64,000 nucleotides of DNA, taken from positions 32,001 through 96,000 of IMG/VR virus record IMGVR_UViG_3300005440_000008; one strand, 5' to 3'. This document shows positions 61,010 to 64,000 of the stretch, piece by piece; the first letter of the stretch is position 1; each line of letters starts with the position of its first letter. The translations under genes were made by a program, and so were the position numbers. This DNA comes from a virus (Duplodnaviria; Caudoviricetes). The notes below the pieces were generated by a model that saw only the letters and a list, made by a program, of their open reading frames with translations, made no database searches and was not told where the DNA came from.

Positions 61010-61217
61010 GGCGTCCCTCACCGCGGCCGCAGCTCGGGCACCGACGCTCCGTGCGGTTCTCCTTCGAACGCCACCGCTTCCACCAGCCCTCCGAACTCGC
61101 GCCGGCAGGCTTCACGGCGCCACACCACGAGCACTCCATCTCGCGGGGAAACCACTTGTCTCGGTAGGGGTGCCATTCCGTGACCGGACCCTTCTGCGCC
61201 GCCGGCTGGACGGTCAT
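60999..61217 (-). CDS. Zinc-finger-like small protein
   Basis: CSWC...CPSC. Confidence 0.55.
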   Translation of the reverse strand: MTVQPAAQKGPVTEWHPYRDKWFPREMECSWCGAVKPAGASSEGWWKRWRSKENRTERRCPSCGRGEGRHGS

Positions 61218-61639
61218 GCCAGCACCCACGCCATCCAGGCGCCGCCGGCGAGGAGGTACGCGCCCAGGGCGACAAGCGCCCATCGACGGACGCGCCGCCA
61301 TGGCGCCTCGTCGAGCTGCTCGAAGGCCCTCGCAATCCGCGCGAAATCGCCGGCGGTCCTGTTCTCGGCTCGTAGCCGCAACCGGATCGTGTCCGTGACC
61401 GCGCTGGGCAATGGCAGCGTGACATCTGGCACCTTCTCGGCTTCGCGAACAACCGGGAGCCGCTCCCCGGTCGTGTCTTCGATCATGACCAGGAGGTCCG
61501 ACGATCGCTCCCGATAGGCCATGACGTCTCGCTCTTCGACGATCTTCCTGACGCTGACTCCCTCTGGGAGCGCGAATGTCTTTGTCAACATCTCAACGAA
61601 CGTCGCCTCCGTGATCCTCACGATTCCGAGCCGTTTCAT
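61214..61639 (-). CDS. Hypothetical protein with C-terminal TM
   Basis: C-terminal hydrophobic anchor; ATGA overlaps. Confidence 0.55.
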   Translation of the reverse strand: MKRLGIVRITEATFVEMLTKTFALPEGVSVRKIVEERDVMAYRERSSDLLVMIEDTTGERLPVVREAEKVPDVTLPLPSAVTDTIRLRLRAENRTAGDFARIARAFEQLDEAPWRRVRRWALVALGAYLLAGGAWMAWVLA

Positions 61640-62331
61640 GGCGCCGCCGAAGCCTTGGTCACGCGGATGCTGTGCACGCCGCCCTTACACGGCTGCCCGT
61701 CCCCCTGCGTCCCGCGACGCGCTGTGTGCTCGGTCAGGATGATCTGCGCCGCGGTCATCACGTCGGTCCCCTCGCGAATGCTCGTCACGCCCTCCGCGAA
61801 GCAGCGGTCGCACCGCCAGGACCAGGACGGGCCCGGCTCGTCCTTGGGAATGATGGCGAACGGCGTCCCCGCTTCGGCCGCCTCGACGTCGGCGAGCGCC
61901 ACGCAGACCGCATCGAAGCCTTTGCCGTCGTGCCCTGCTTCCCGGACCGCGCGCATCAGCCGCTCCCGAGCCGCCCAGCGAGCCTCCGCCACATCGGCCT
62001 TGTCGAGGATCCACCGGAGCAGCTCGCCGTAGTCCGGGAGCGTGTTCGCCCGGGCCGGATCCTCCCGACGCCATCGCTCGATCCAAGGCGTCTCCCGCCG
62101 GCGCTGAAGGTCGAACGTCCCCTGGAGCTCGTCGCGATCCGCCGCGAGCGCCGTCCGGCCGGCGAGGAGCGGCCGGACGACCTTGGCCAGGAGGAGCGCC
62201 AGGTCGCCGGCGTCGACTTGCTTCCGTTCGACGGCGCGCTCGAAATACTCGACGTCCCGGTCGATCTGCGCCAGCTGCGCGGCCGTCAGCTCGCTAGCCT
62301 GTCTCCCCTCCTCCTGGCTCGCGGCGCTCAT
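61636..62331 (-). CDS. Hypothetical early protein
   Basis: FDL..RRE...IERWR...P......PD...LL.W..; CxxC near the C-terminus. Confidence 0.55.
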   Translation of the reverse strand: MSAASQEEGRQASELTAAQLAQIDRDVEYFERAVERKQVDAGDLALLLAKVVRPLLAGRTALAADRDELQGTFDLQRRRETPWIERWRREDPARANTLPDYGELLRWILDKADVAEARWAARERLMRAVREAGHDGKGFDAVCVALADVEAAEAGTPFAIIPKDEPGPSWSWRCDRCFAEGVTSIREGTDVMTAAQIILTEHTARRGTQGDGQPCKGGVHSIRVTKASAAP

Positions 62332-62558
62332 CGGGGCCTCGGCTCATAGCTGACCTGGATCACCCGCACGCGCCGGAGCTTCATCAGTCGCAGGATCTTC
62401 GGCCCCGGCCATCGCTTCCCGTGCCGCACGGCCGAGATATAGGCCGCGCTCACGCCGAGCGTCCGGGCGATCGGCCGAACACCGCCCGCGTCGGCAATCA
62501 GCCGTTCAAGATGACGATGCATCTCGATCTCGCTGATGGAGCCGGGCCCGTTCTTCAT
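62328..62558 (-). CDS. Small HTH protein
   Basis: GGVRPIARTLGVSAAYISAVRHGKRWPG.KIL. Confidence 0.8.
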   Translation of the reverse strand: MKNGPGSISEIEMHRHLERLIADAGGVRPIARTLGVSAAYISAVRHGKRWPGPKILRLMKLRRVRVIQVSYEPRPR

Positions 62559-63004
62559 GGCGCGCACCCCTCCGGCGCGTCGGTGACGAGCGCGAGCGCA
62601 GCCACGCCTGCGACATAGAGCGCATAGCCGTCAGGGTCCGCCTCCTGCCAGATCTCGTCGTTCCATACTTCCTGACCGCCCATCAGGTGGCTGAAGCTCG
62701 TGCGCGCGGTCTCGACGGCGTCCTCCATGAACCCTTCAAGCGCCTGCCGTGTCGCTCGCAGCGCCGCGACCATGGCGGGCACATCGACCCGCGCCTGGGC
62801 TATAAAGTCGCTGTCCCGCTTCCCGAAGAAACGGCTCGAACCGCCGAGCGATCCGCCGCACCCCTTACGGCCGCACGAGCACCCGGTGTTCGTGGATTCG
62901 TGGATCTCGAAGCCACCGGCCAGACGCTCCACTGGGACCCAGGGTCCGGCGGTTGCCGCCTGGGCGCGTGCGTCGATTGCGACCAGGTCCACCGGCTCAG
63001 CCAT
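62555..63004 (-). CDS. Ead/Ea22-like early protein
   Basis: ARAQAATAGPW...D..FIAQAR.DVPA.V. Confidence 0.7.
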   Translation of the reverse strand: MAEPVDLVAIDARAQAATAGPWVPVERLAGGFEIHESTNTGCSCGRKGCGGSLGGSSRFFGKRDSDFIAQARVDVPAMVAALRATRQALEGFMEDAVETARTSFSHLMGGQEVWNDEIWQEADPDGYALYVAGVAALALVTDAPEGCAP

Positions 63005-63239
63005 CGGTGCTCTCCCGGTGGCCGGGACATCCCGATGTCGGGTCGAAGGCGTCGCACTTCGGGCCGACTGGGAGGTACCGGATCCCCAGACCGAGCAACT
63101 CGAGAAGCTCGGCCTTCGCCTCGCCGTTCGCCATCGGGCGACCCTCGCCATCGGTCAGGCCGTGGTGGCTAGTCCGGGACCAGTTCAGCAGGGCGCTCGC
63201 GACGTCCAGGCCCACGTGATACGTGGTCGTGGCGCTCAT
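62997..63239 (-). CDS. Small conserved-looking phage protein
   Basis: YH.GLDV...DG.G....EAK..L..LL..G...LP....CD.FD...GCPGH. Confidence 0.6.
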   Translation of the reverse strand: MSATTTYHVGLDVASALLNWSRTSHHGLTDGEGRPMANGEAKAELLELLGLGIRYLPVGPKCDAFDPTSGCPGHRESTDG

Positions 63240-64000
63240 CGGGGGAACTCCCTGACTTTCAGATCCTCGGGCCACTCGGCCATTTCGCCGCCCTTGCGGT
63301 CGTGGAAACGCACTTCGTTACTGCCGTCCTGGGCCTCACGCGTGTAGGCACCGAGGTGGCCGAAGTCGGAATCGGCGACGATCGGTCGCGCGCCGAGCTG
63401 CTTGACGAAGCACGCAACCCCCGCCGCCCGGCACTGCGCGATAGTCGAGCGTGCCCAGGCGAGGTCGAAGTGGCGCGCGCCGGGGCCGCTCTCGCCGCCG
63501 ACTACGATCCAGCGAATCCCCGGCTTTCCGTCGCAGGACGGCGTGCACTGGTAGTGGTGCTCGTGACAGGCCCAGGCGTGCGCCTGCTGGAAGTCCACGG
63601 GACCCAATGCCGGTTCGTACGAAACCCACCGAACCGACGCCGGCGTCTGGAGCAGCAGCGGGATCCGCTCGTCAGCGGTCGCCTGGTTTTCGACGGAGAC
63701 GGCTAGGTGGACGTTAGGGAGGGGCCACGTGAGCTCTCCCACGTCGACATCATCGAGTGTGCCGACTGCCAAGCGCTCGGCGGGGTGCTCGCGGTACATC
63801 GACCCTGCGAGTCGACGCGATCTCTGGCGCGGCGTCAGTGCGGCCATCGCCGCGCAGTAGGCCAGCATCCGCTGCGGGCGCTTCGTCGGCCACAGGTGAG
63901 TGTGGTGAGGCGTCTGCGCCATGATCGCGAACATCTGGTCTATCCACGTGTCGGGCACCCACGCCCCCCAGAAGTCGGTCATGTCGCACCAGAACCAGCG
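63236..64000 (-). CDS. DUF5131 (Gp37/Gp68) family protein, 5' end outside window
   Basis: DMTDFW, TKRP.R, VSVENQ, ERIP.LL..PA.VRW.S.EP.LG, WIVVGGESG. Confidence 0.92.
   Translation of the reverse strand, partial: RWFWCDMTDFWGAWVPDTWIDQMFAIMAQTPHHTHLWPTKRPQRMLAYCAAMAALTPRQRSRRLAGSMYREHPAERLAVGTLDDVDVGELTWPLPNVHLAVSVENQATADERIPLLLQTPASVRWVSYEPALGPVDFQQAHAWACHEHHYQCTPSCDGKPGIRWIVVGGESGPGARHFDLAWARSTIAQCRAAGVACFVKQLGARPIVADSDFGHLGAYTREAQDGSNEVRFHDRKGGEMAEWPEDLKVREFPR

Larger units (their letters stand above)
1..64000. mobile_element. Temperate siphovirus-like phage/prophage genome (most of it; boundaries not visible)
   Basis: Terminase-portal-protease-capsid-tail-tape measure-endolysin set on the - strand plus a divergent HTH switch; no host housekeeping genes in the window. 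Confidence 0.95.

Noticed and set aside
1-64000. CRISPR array, tRNA, rRNA, introns/inteins, stop-codon recoding
   Set aside because: No regularly spaced repeats or cloverleaf seen by eye; terminase, helicase and capsid are of normal length and end at standard stops. A tRNAscan/Infernal run would be needed to exclude small RNAs

Overview
Very GC-rich window that reads as most of a temperate, long non-contractile-tailed (siphovirus-like) phage or prophage genome, probably circularly permuted. Left end: a cII-like / cro-like / repressor switch, then a short + strand accessory block (lipoproteins, HigBA-type toxin-antitoxin, stand-alone WYL protein, membrane proteins). From about 6.9 kb to the right end almost every real gene is on the - strand. 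Read right to left these are: early genes (DUF5131, PD-(D/E)XK nuclease, SNF2 helicase, HerA/DUF87-like ATPase); a glycosyl/methyltransferase cluster; terminases, portal, gp7, protease-scaffold, decoration and major capsid; head completion genes interleaved with two GT2 enzymes; a membrane/lysis-like block with a nucleotidyl-cyclase fusion; a fibre/adhesin block; tail genes with a -1 frameshift chaperone and a 1990-aa tape measure; and a GH108 endolysin. No integrase, tRNA, rRNA, CRISPR array or reverse transcriptase was seen. Most notable: three adjacent genes (27006-30922) share a C-terminal DxxPPxxPxW[DE] strand, and the small middle gene is an FN3 domain lacking exactly that strand at its N-terminus. 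This suggests a donor-strand-polymerised, pilus-like phage fibre with two alternative beta-propeller tips. A second Ig protein (43576-44043) may use the same logic. All family assignments are by motif recognition only; no database searches were run.
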